Positions 26,523 through 34,538 of a stretch of 34,538 nucleotides of DNA are shown piece by piece. The notes below the pieces were generated by a model. That model made no database searches. It was not told the origin of the DNA and was given only the letters and a program-made list of their open reading frames with translations. Source of the stretch: Armatimonadota bacterium. Its GTDB lineage: Bacteria > Armatimonadota > UBA5829 > DTLH01. The stretch spans positions 1 to 34,538 of the forward strand of contig JBDKSP010000004.1 in the NCBI GenBank assembly GCA_039680575.1. Reading direction: 5' to 3'. Numbering within the stretch: the first letter of the stretch is position 1; each line of letters starts with the position of its first letter. The position numbers and the translations under genes are program-made.

Positions 26523-28946
26523 ATGTCTACTGTTCGTTCATCAATTATCAAATCAATCTTTCTGTTACTGCTGCTTGTCACCCCTGCATTATGCGCGGAG
26601 CAACTGACTATAGCCTCAAACAGCCGGTCAAAAGCCGTTATCGCAGTGCCGGATGACGCCAAAGCCTGCGTAAAAATCGCAGCGAACGACCTTCAATCAT
26701 ACATCAAGAAGATTTCCGGTGCGCTCTTGCCTATTGAAGCTCAGTCGAAGCTGAAATATGCGCCGAAGATTGCTTATATCGTCCTTGCCACAGATACAAA
26801 GAACCAATCTGGGCAGGATTCGTTTTCTATCCGAACAGGCACTGTAAAAGGCTGTTCTGCCGTTTACCTTACCGGTAATAACGATGTTTCCACGATGTAC
26901 GCCGCGTATCGGTTTCTGGAAGTGCTGGGTGTGCGGTTCTTCCACCCGGAAGAAGAATATATTCCGTCTGCCAAGACTCTGAAAGTCGGCAATCTGAACA
27001 TAACGGAGACCGCTGCATACAAACTAAGAGGTATCCAGCATCATACGCTTCACCATATCCCTGCTACCAAGTTCCTGATGAACGATCCCACGGATGTTAA
27101 TCTCAAACGGGCATATAATTACGTAGACTGGCTTGCCAAAAACCGCCAGAACTACCTCTATTGGTGGTGGATAGAACCCATAAAGATGCGCGGGCGGGTG
27201 GATTACGTCAACAAGATCGTAAAATATGCCCATAAGCGCGGTGTGAAGGTCGGGATCGTTGTCGGAATGCCGTTTGACCAGCAGCAGTCGTACAACCTCA
27301 TGCGCGGCAAAGGCTGCTATTTCAAAAAAGATGTCTGGAAAGGTTATCTTTACAAGGGAGTAGATGAAGTCGCTGCTCTCGGCGTCGATTCGATGTGTAT
27401 ATTCTACGGTGATAACGAGTGGGGATCGTTCAGAGACCCTGACGGCTGCTCTATGGCAGGCATATCGCCGGTAGATGCTACTGTCGAGCGTATTGAAGCC
27501 GTCAGAAGCTACATGAGGGAGAAGTATCCGAATATCGAGCTTGTGCTCTGGATACATCCGACTGCGAACATATACGGCGATAAAAAGTGCCCGAATTTCT
27601 TCCTGCTGCCGAAGTATTGCTCACCTGACATTGCCGCCGCTGTCCACACCGTACAGTTTTATGACCTGGTGAGCCCTGCTCCAACCTACAGCAACAAGGA
27701 TTTCCATTTTCTCTACCAGTTCGCTCTGGAGCAGGCGGAAGCGCGCCCGATATGGTTCTGGCCTGAGACGGCGTTTGCATGCGGCTTCGATAACGATGTG
27801 CCGATGTATTTCCCGTGCTACATCACCGCCAGATGGAGAGATGCAGAGCTTATGTCCAACACGGCAGTCGCCCACATCACCTTCAGCTCGAGCATAGAGT
27901 GGATGTACTGGCTTAACGACTATGCTGTCGCGCGGTTCGGGTGGAACCCTGACGAATACAGCGTGGACAGAGTAGTTTCCGACTTTACGGATGTCCTGGG
28001 AAAGAGCGCGGGACCGGTTGCTAAAGAGGTTCTTCTGGACCTTGCAAAGTCCGACGAGCGCTACCTTATGGACCTGGTAGCAAAGAAGAACTGCAATTTG
28101 ATGAACCTGTTGAATGAGAGCGTGATGTATCGCGTATTGGACACCTTACCCGGCAAGGCTGATAAGTTTCTGAACGGCTGGAAAACGGCCAATCTGGTGC
28201 CGCTTCAGGAGTTTACGGCCTGTTATAAGTCCGCTTTCGACAAGTTGAAAGCTGTCGCACCAAAGGTCAGCCCTGCCGCCAAGCCGCTGTTCGATGAGTT
28301 TATTGATACAATCGAAATGACATATCTGAGACTTGAGCATCAGTCGGATGTGTACGGCCAGATGATCGACCTTGGACTGGCGGAAAACTCCGGTATTGCA
28401 ATGGAACCTGACATGAGAAGGTTGGTTAATATTCAAAACCGCGCTAAAAAGATAATTGCCGAAAGAGAATCGCATTACAGGTATCCAACCGGCGGTGCGG
28501 AAGGTAACTACTACGATTTTATGCGCCCATTTACAGTGTGGGAGACATTTGCCGGACGGTTGGCTATATGCAAACCGTATTCAGGCATAAGAAAACATAT
28601 CAGGCTTACCCCGAATAGAATAAGTATTACCAGACCGTCAGACACTAGGAAGGATGTAGTCGTTCATGTTCCTGGTGATTTTCCTGTAGACAAGCCGCTT
28701 TGCCTGTACTTGGGCGTAGAAGACACCGATACAGCGAGTGAAGGCAGGCTGGAAATAAACGGCAAAAGTATTGCGTTACCCGCATCAGGAGATTCCAACG
28801 CAATATGCGTGAAGATCGACCTTCCCGCCAATCTATTGAAACCCGGGGATAATACTTTCACTTTCCACCTGGAAAACGCGTCAAACAACGGTACGAAAGG
28901 ATACTATGTTATCTATGGCTGCATAGTGGCAGCCGCTTATCGTTAA
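26523..28946 (+). CDS. secreted putative glycoside hydrolase (GH20b/GH67-N-like domain, probable TIM barrel, C-terminal beta-sandwich)
   Basis: Signal peptide; AANDLQSYIKKISGALLP and YAAYRFLEVLGVRFFHP (N-domain signature); RG...DWLAKNRQN. Family not assignable. Confidence 0.65.
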   Translation: MSTVRSSIIKSIFLLLLLVTPALCAEQLTIASNSRSKAVIAVPDDAKACVKIAANDLQSYIKKISGALLPIEAQSKLKYAPKIAYIVLATDTKNQSGQDSFSIRTGTVKGCSAVYLTGNNDVSTMYAAYRFLEVLGVRFFHPEEEYIPSAKTLKVGNLNITETAAYKLRGIQHHTLHHIPATKFLMNDPTDVNLKRAYNYVDWLAKNRQNYLYWWWIEPIKMRGRVDYVNKIVKYAHKRGVKVGIVVGMPFDQQQSYNLMRGKGCYFKKDVWKGYLYKGVDEVAALGVDSMCIFYGDNEWGSFRDPDGCSMAGISPVDATVERIEAVRSYMREKYPNIELVLWIHPTANIYGDKKCPNFFLLPKYCSPDIAAAVHTVQFYDLVSPAPTYSNKDFHFLYQFALEQAEARPIWFWPETAFACGFDNDVPMYFPCYITARWRDAELMSNTAVAHITFSSSIEWMYWLNDYAVARFGWNPDEYSVDRVVSDFTDVLGKSAGPVAKEVLLDLAKSDERYLMDLVAKKNCNLMNLLNESVMYRVLDTLPGKADKFLNGWKTANLVPLQEFTACYKSAFDKLKAVAPKVSPAAKPLFDEFIDTIEMTYLRLEHQSDVYGQMIDLGLAENSGIAMEPDMRRLVNIQNRAKKIIAERESHYRYPTGGAEGNYYDFMRPFTVWETFAGRLAICKPYSGIRKHIRLTPNRISITRPSDTRKDVVVHVPGDFPVDKPLCLYLGVEDTDTASEGRLEINGKSIALPASGDSNAICVKIDLPANLLKPGDNTFTFHLENASNNGTKGYYVIYGCIVAAAYR

Positions 28947-28993
28947 AATATCTATAGATAAAGTGAGACTCTTCAATAAGGAAGTATAGAGAA

Positions 28994-30964
28994 TTGAAAC
29001 AGAATGAACATCAGGATATCTGGTCTTTAGTTGGAGTGGATTTCGATGAAAAGCTGCCCCGAAGAACAGCCGTTGCCATAAAACACGCCGACTGGGACTT
29101 GCCTTTTGCTTATCCGACAGATTTCGGCAGGGTTGGTTATCAGATAGATACTGAAAAGGTGTCGGGCTATAATGAAGCCTCGGCTATCAGCCTGTCTTTT
29201 GCTGAGTATACCGTGAACAGGCTCTATGGGACACCCAACCTTGCGAAAAGCCAGTTTTTTTTCAAGAATATGCGGAGCCACCCATCCGTCATCGAACGGG
29301 AGATCGAGTCGCCGGACACTCTGTTCAGCATCGATGAGACATTCTGTCAGGCTTCAGATGCAGGGTTTAGCTGGAAGCTCAGATGCAAAAACCTGCACCG
29401 CTGGGACAGCCCGTTTAGAAGCGATGTCTTTACGATAGTGACCGTCCCGATAAAGGGATGCACAGTAACATCCTCAGGCAGCACTGTAACCATCAAATAT
29501 GAAGGCGGAACCATCCATATAACATCGGACCATGACAAAATGGCCGTCTATAGGCATCTTGAGGGATTTCTGGAAGACGCCGCTTCGGGCAAGATAGGTG
29601 AAGGTGATGGAGAGGGACGATATGTGGTCTTTTATCACTTGCTTGAGATGGAACGCGGCCAGGAGCAGACGATCAGGTTCGGCATCCATCTTGAAGACCC
29701 TGCAAAGGCGTGTTCGGCTTTTGAACAGGACCCGCCGATAGATAAGATCCGGCAAAAGTGGAACGAATGGTTTGCATCCCTGTCTGCTCCGCATTTCAAC
29801 AGCGAAGACGAAATGAAGGCGTATTATAAGTGCTGGTGGGTCGTCCGGCTGAACTACTATCAGCATCCCGAGTGGGGAAAGACTGTCCTTGAATCGTTTC
29901 CGGTCTATAGAGGCTACTGGCAGTGGGGTTTGACTGCTATGGAGACGATCAGCCGGTATAATCAGGAAGTCGGTGAGACATATATCAAGGACCTGCTGGA
30001 TGTTTTCCTGAAGTATCAGCGCGAAGACGGTTACGTAACCCACGCCATTTACCTCGACGAAGAGGTCCCCGGTGAGGGATGGAGCAAGCTGAACATGGTA
30101 CAGACTCCTCATGTGCCATGGATAGCAGCCAGATATTTCAACAATACAGGAGATGTGGAAAGCCTGAGAAGATGGTACGCCGGGCTAAAACGGTATTATG
30201 ACTTCCTCTCTGGGCAGCGTGACAAGAATTACAGAAATCTGCACTTGTGGGCGATCAAAGCTTCTTATGATACCGGGCTTGATACCACATCAGCATTTGA
30301 CAGGGTAACCTACAATGAGGATGGACTGAAGGAAAGCTACTGCTATCCTGCAATATTCGCAGCCGAACGTGCCAGATACGAGCAGGCTTTGGCAAAGATA
30401 TCAGCGGTTATAGGGAACGGAGAAGAAGGTTTCTGGAAAGAGCAGGCAGAGGAGACCGTTGCCGTAATGAACAAACACCTGTGGGATGATAACAAGAAGT
30501 GGTACGGAGTCCTGCACGAAGACGGCACACTTGATACCAGGGTCGGAGTGGACGGTCTGTTCGCGCTTGCCTATGGACTTGTAGAAAAAGATAAAGCCGA
30601 ATCGATGAGAGACAACTTCAGCAAGCTTATAGCGCCGTTCGGAGTGCGGACTATGGCTCCGGATGAGAAAGACTATGATGCCGGAGTCTACTGGCGCGGT
30701 CCTTCCTGGCCTAAATCAATGGCTATGGCAGGATCTGCCGCAACGAAATACTATCCGGATCTGGTGGATGCCATCCGGCAGGGTGCTGTCCGGTTTGCAC
30801 TCAGATACCCGAGTATTTGGGAATGTATGAATGCAACAACAGGAGAAATCGGCAAGGCCGACGTCGGCTTGATAGCGACCCCGATGATATCTTCAAACGT
30901 AGGCGCAGGTGAGTTGATCGGGCTGTTCATGCATCTGGATGGACATGATATGCTGGAATTGTAG
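28994..30964 (+). CDS. cytoplasmic GH63/MGH1-like (alpha/alpha)6 glycoside hydrolase
   Basis: YWQW, QTP, DTGLD (catalytic-Asp-like), YWRGPSW and WECMN motifs; TTG start; no signal peptide. Confidence 0.75.
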   Translation: MKQNEHQDIWSLVGVDFDEKLPRRTAVAIKHADWDLPFAYPTDFGRVGYQIDTEKVSGYNEASAISLSFAEYTVNRLYGTPNLAKSQFFFKNMRSHPSVIEREIESPDTLFSIDETFCQASDAGFSWKLRCKNLHRWDSPFRSDVFTIVTVPIKGCTVTSSGSTVTIKYEGGTIHITSDHDKMAVYRHLEGFLEDAASGKIGEGDGEGRYVVFYHLLEMERGQEQTIRFGIHLEDPAKACSAFEQDPPIDKIRQKWNEWFASLSAPHFNSEDEMKAYYKCWWVVRLNYYQHPEWGKTVLESFPVYRGYWQWGLTAMETISRYNQEVGETYIKDLLDVFLKYQREDGYVTHAIYLDEEVPGEGWSKLNMVQTPHVPWIAARYFNNTGDVESLRRWYAGLKRYYDFLSGQRDKNYRNLHLWAIKASYDTGLDTTSAFDRVTYNEDGLKESYCYPAIFAAERARYEQALAKISAVIGNGEEGFWKEQAEETVAVMNKHLWDDNKKWYGVLHEDGTLDTRVGVDGLFALAYGLVEKDKAESMRDNFSKLIAPFGVRTMAPDEKDYDAGVYWRGPSWPKSMAMAGSAATKYYPDLVDAIRQGAVRFALRYPSIWECMNATTGEIGKADVGLIATPMISSNVGAGELIGLFMHLDGHDMLEL

Positions 30965-31000
30965 ATATAACCCGGCTGAAGAACACTTCATAAACCCCAT

Positions 31001-31308
31001 CTCGGGAGGGATTTGCAATTCCTCCCGCAAAGGCAAATGAGGCATCTCTGATGCCGGGAGATCGATTATAGTTGATTGACCGGGATCACAGATCCCTATC
31101 CGGCCATTCCGGGCTGTATTGCAAATACAGCCCGAGAGATAGCAACCAGCACGTCACCCTGAATTAAGGAGTTTCAGGTATTACCTGAAACTCTCCCCGG
31201 AAGATTTTCGGCTATAGCCGAAAATCCATAGATTCAGGGCCCATTCTTTTCCTGGATGCTGAGTCAAGCTCAGCATGACGTTGTGGTAGTTCAACATAAC
31301 ATTGAACT
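31001..31308. repeat. nested cluster of REP-like palindromic doublets
   Basis: Hairpins at 31003-31027, 31041-31055, 31082-31096, 31110-31134, 31169-31193, 31203-31226 (perfect 24-bp palindrome), 31256-31276 and 31287-31309. Confidence 0.85.
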
Positions 31309-31455
31309 AATCAACTCTGAACTCTTGCCTAAAGCACACAATCACAAATTTCTGAGGTATACTGTAGTTGGGATTGGGATTTAATTATCGGCTGTTGTTA
31401 ATCAGACGGAGATTCTGAATCAGCCGGAAACCTTCAGACGAAAGGGGATTCCACT

Positions 31456-33471
31456 ATGGCTCTGTTATCTCATCGGAAATTATCCGGACCGTCCGTTTTA
31501 TTCATTATAATATTGTTCCTTCTGCCGGTTGTCGCTATGGCTGAATATGCTTCTGACGAATTGATAATCCGGCTGAAACCCGGCAAAGGACTCGTTCAAC
31601 TGTCCCGGCTGCAGGGGAACATCGGGGCCAAGTTGAAACAGAGCATCGAAAAGGAAAGGTTCTACACCCTGAAGCTCCCGAAAGGTTTAGACCTGGACAA
31701 GGTGATAGCCCGGCTTCGCAGCCACCCCGCAGTCGAGTATGCCGGTTTGAACCACAAGCTCCGAATCGTGCTCGAACCGAACGATCCGCTTTTCAGAAAC
31801 GACTACAGTGATGATCCGCCTCAGTGGGGGCTCTATAACGACGGCTACAACAACGATTTCTTCAGCCTGCTGGGAGCGACCAGCACTGAGGGAGCCGATA
31901 TTCACGCAGAAGAGGCCTGGAATATAACGACCGGCAGCAGCAGTGTCATCATAGCAAGCATAGACACTGGCGTCGATTACACACATGAAGACCTTGCCGA
32001 TAATATCTGGACTAATCCTGATGAGATCAGCGGTAATGGGATCGACGATGACGGCAATAAATACGTGGATGATGTAACAGGCTGGAATTTCGTAGGCAAA
32101 AATGCGGATGTGCAGGATGACCACGGCCACGGCACATTTACCGCAGCCATCGCCGCCGCCAAAGGTAACAACGGGATCGGCATGGCCGGCGTAGCATGGA
32201 ACTGCAAGATCATGATCCTGAAGGTGCTCGACGAGAACGGATATGGCCTTGAAGACGATGCAGCCGAAGCGGTAATGTATGCCGTCGATAACGGTGCTAA
32301 GGTCATAAATATGAGCATGGCGGGGGAAGATGCTCCGCTCCTTAAATATACGGTTGATTATGCCTGGAATAAGGGCGCGATCTGTGTCTGTGCAAGCGGA
32401 AACGAAGAGCAGGGGCCGGATAAGCCGTCCTATCCGGCATCATACACCAACGCGCTCGCGGTTGGGGCGAGTAACCAGTCAGATGAGAGATGCTCCTACT
32501 GGGACTGGTTCAGCGGCGGCAGTAATTACGGCTATTACCTGGATGTAGTGGCTCCGGGAGCCTGGATAATGAGCGCCAGCCCCTCCAACCTGTACACCAT
32601 AGAAAACGGCACATCGGCTGCAGCTCCGTTCGTCTCCGGTATAGCGGCGCTCGTGTGGTCCGTCCACCCGGACTGGTCAAACGCCGAAGTTTTTTTCCAT
32701 ATACTCCACACGGCGGATGATGTGGATTCCGCGGGTTACGATATTTATACCGGCTGGGGCCGCGTGAACGCATGGAGAGCTGTATCCGAACCGATCAATT
32801 ATACCGGCAGTGCAGGGAGTGCAAAGAAATCTGCGTCCAACACGCCTGTTGCGATGAAAAGCATGGTGCTTTCATGCTCGAGCGCGACTTTCTCCGACAG
32901 GATCTATGTTCAGAATGAGGACAGATCGTCAGGGATTATGGTCTACTTCGGTGATGGAAATGTGCCTCCGGACCTTGAGATTGGAGACAGGCTGACAGTC
33001 CTCGGTACCGCCGGCAGCGTGTCCGGTGAGTGCGCCGTTTTGGACCCTGTGGTAAATGCATCTTCTAAAGGAAACGCCCCAAGGCCGCTGGGTATGAGTA
33101 ACCGCGCAGTCGGCGGCGGCGCTTTTGGACTGCAGGGCTCTGTGGTAGACCATTACCCGATAACAAGGACCTATTCGACAGGTATGAACAACATCGGCCT
33201 CCTGGTCACGGTCTTCGGCAGGGTTACCAAAGCGCAGGACGATTGGTTTTACATAGATGACGGCTCGAAGTTGAGGGATAACAGCGGCTACACCGGCATA
33301 CGGGTGGTCTACGATCCGGATACCCTTGCCCCGCCCGAAGAGGGCGATTACACGGCGGTGACGGGTATCTCCACATGTGAGCTGGTGCAGGGCAGCACTA
33401 CAGTCCGGCGGAGGGTTATCCGGCCAAGGATAGATGGTGATATCCGGGTGCTTTCCCCGCAGGTTCAGTAA
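31456..33471 (+). CDS. secreted S8 subtilisin-like serine protease with prodomain and ~220-aa C-terminal domain
   Basis: Signal peptide; catalytic motifs IDTG (D), HGHGT (H), SGN (oxyanion N) and GTSAAAP (S). Confidence 0.95.
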   Translation: MALLSHRKLSGPSVLFIIILFLLPVVAMAEYASDELIIRLKPGKGLVQLSRLQGNIGAKLKQSIEKERFYTLKLPKGLDLDKVIARLRSHPAVEYAGLNHKLRIVLEPNDPLFRNDYSDDPPQWGLYNDGYNNDFFSLLGATSTEGADIHAEEAWNITTGSSSVIIASIDTGVDYTHEDLADNIWTNPDEISGNGIDDDGNKYVDDVTGWNFVGKNADVQDDHGHGTFTAAIAAAKGNNGIGMAGVAWNCKIMILKVLDENGYGLEDDAAEAVMYAVDNGAKVINMSMAGEDAPLLKYTVDYAWNKGAICVCASGNEEQGPDKPSYPASYTNALAVGASNQSDERCSYWDWFSGGSNYGYYLDVVAPGAWIMSASPSNLYTIENGTSAAAPFVSGIAALVWSVHPDWSNAEVFFHILHTADDVDSAGYDIYTGWGRVNAWRAVSEPINYTGSAGSAKKSASNTPVAMKSMVLSCSSATFSDRIYVQNEDRSSGIMVYFGDGNVPPDLEIGDRLTVLGTAGSVSGECAVLDPVVNASSKGNAPRPLGMSNRAVGGGAFGLQGSVVDHYPITRTYSTGMNNIGLLVTVFGRVTKAQDDWFYIDDGSKLRDNSGYTGIRVVYDPDTLAPPEEGDYTAVTGISTCELVQGSTTVRRRVIRPRIDGDIRVLSPQVQ

Positions 33472-33493
33472 ACCCATCACAAATGATGAGGTG

Positions 33494-33559
33494 TATGTTG
33501 CGGGAATTGATTCGGTGCAGGCTTCAGAGTTGTCCTAAACCTGCCATTCCCGCAACATA
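33494..33559 (-). repeat. 66-bp inverted-repeat element, copy 2
   Basis: TATGTTGCGGGAAT-N38-ATTCCCGCAACATA. Confidence 0.85.
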
Positions 33560-33562
33560 AAA

Positions 33563-34393
33563 CTAGCAGTGCAGTTTCGATAGAAATAAGGTTATATACC
33601 AGAAGACGACTGGGCCGGTGTAGAGCAAGCTGTCTATCCGGTCCAGGACGCCGCCGTGGCCGGGTAGAAGCGCTCCGAAGTCCTTGATTCCCACTTCACG
33701 CTTGAGCGCCGAACCCACGAAGTCACCTATCTGCCCGGTGATACCGATTAGCGCTCCCAGAATCAACCCGTGAAGCAGAGGAATGCCGATAATTGCCGCG
33801 ACAATAGATGCCGCGATTATAGCGAAGACGAAGCCGCCGATAGACCCTTCGATTGTCTTCCCGGGACTGATGCTCGGCGCGATTTTGGTTTTTCCGAAGA
33901 ACCTGCCGACGAGATATGCTCCGGTATCGAGCGCCCAGGTTGCAATCAGCGCAAACATCACGAGCCACGCACCCCATTCTGACCCCGTAGGACCGGTTCC
34001 ATGGATGTTTCTGAGCCAGATGAAGTGCATAAGCAAGAGGAAGACATAACACACGCCAAGGACCGTCACGCCGACGTTTATGAACGGCGCACGGGGCTCA
34101 TTTTTCAACTCGAGGGCGAGTGAAAGAAGGATCAGAGCGGTGAAGACCGGAACAATCACATTCTGGCTTTCGGTATAAGAGTTTCCGCCGAAGTAGAGGA
34201 TTACGAGACCTGCGGCAAGCCCTGGGAGAAAATGAGGATGAGCCCCGCCCTTTCTTACAGCTCTGTAAAACTCGAAGAGAGCCAGGACCGCAGCAGCACC
34301 GGCCAAACCTGCAAACGGCATCCCGCCAGGCCAGAAGACAAGCGTTGCTACGATCGGAACTGCTATAACGATGGTGATAAGCCTTGTTAGCAT
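33563..34393 (-). CDS. cdsA: phosphatidate cytidylyltransferase
   Basis: DTGAY, SPGKTIEG and KREVGIKDFGALLPGHGGVLDRIDS motifs. Confidence 0.97.
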   Translation of the reverse strand: MLTRLITIVIAVPIVATLVFWPGGMPFAGLAGAAAVLALFEFYRAVRKGGAHPHFLPGLAAGLVILYFGGNSYTESQNVIVPVFTALILLSLALELKNEPRAPFINVGVTVLGVCYVFLLLMHFIWLRNIHGTGPTGSEWGAWLVMFALIATWALDTGAYLVGRFFGKTKIAPSISPGKTIEGSIGGFVFAIIAASIVAAIIGIPLLHGLILGALIGITGQIGDFVGSALKREVGIKDFGALLPGHGGVLDRIDSLLYTGPVVFWYITLFLSKLHC

Positions 34394-34449
34394 GGCGGTT
34401 TCCCTCAGGATCTAAGTAACATCCTGTCTTAATAGCAGGCCAGCTTGAC

Positions 34450-34501
34450 GTAGTGGCCGGTCTCCGTGCCGGCCATCGGCTCTGCAAGAGCCGGACTCTA
34501 C
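34450..34501. repeat. GTAG-tagged REP-like doublet
   Basis: GTAG-TGGCCGG-TCTCCGTG-CCGGCCA on +, and GTAG-AGTCCGGCTCTTGCAGAGCCG on -; the unit starts with GTAG and ends with CTAC. Confidence 0.75.
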
Positions 34502-34538
34502 CCATAGCTGCTACTAGAAACGGAGACTACTTAGGATT

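Noticed and set aside
31070..31316. 8-bp inverted repeat AGTTGATT / AATCAACT as the boundary of one element
   Set aside because: It is short and crosses the better-supported nested doublets, so it is probably chance.

Overview
Bacterial chromosomal window with about 33 genes, nearly all on the + strand. It is most likely from an anaerobic Armatimonadota-like organism; this is an inference from the short EF-Ts, the gene order and the C-terminal domain of the S8 protease. Gene order: rpsB-tsf-pyrH-frr, uppS-dxr-rseP-ispG-GNAT-proS, mgtC-ogt-yvlD-rapZ-yvcK-maf-DUF3842, TPR-nadK-recN-steA-steB-GT2-DUF3788-MraY-like, a four-subunit 2-oxoacid:ferredoxin oxidoreductase, two putative glycoside hydrolases, a secreted S8 protease, and a displaced cdsA on the - strand. 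I saw no rRNA, tRNA, CRISPR array, transposase or integrase. Most of the unexplained signal is intergenic: several families of short palindromic repeats, often nested and showing compensatory base changes between copies. These include a 66-bp element (14-bp arms, 38-nt spacer) lying just downstream of the two genes that look out of place. Protein-level candidates are the steAB-glycosyltransferase-MraY-like envelope module and a possible C-terminal sorting or anchoring domain on the protease. Product calls come from motif recognition only; no database searches were run.
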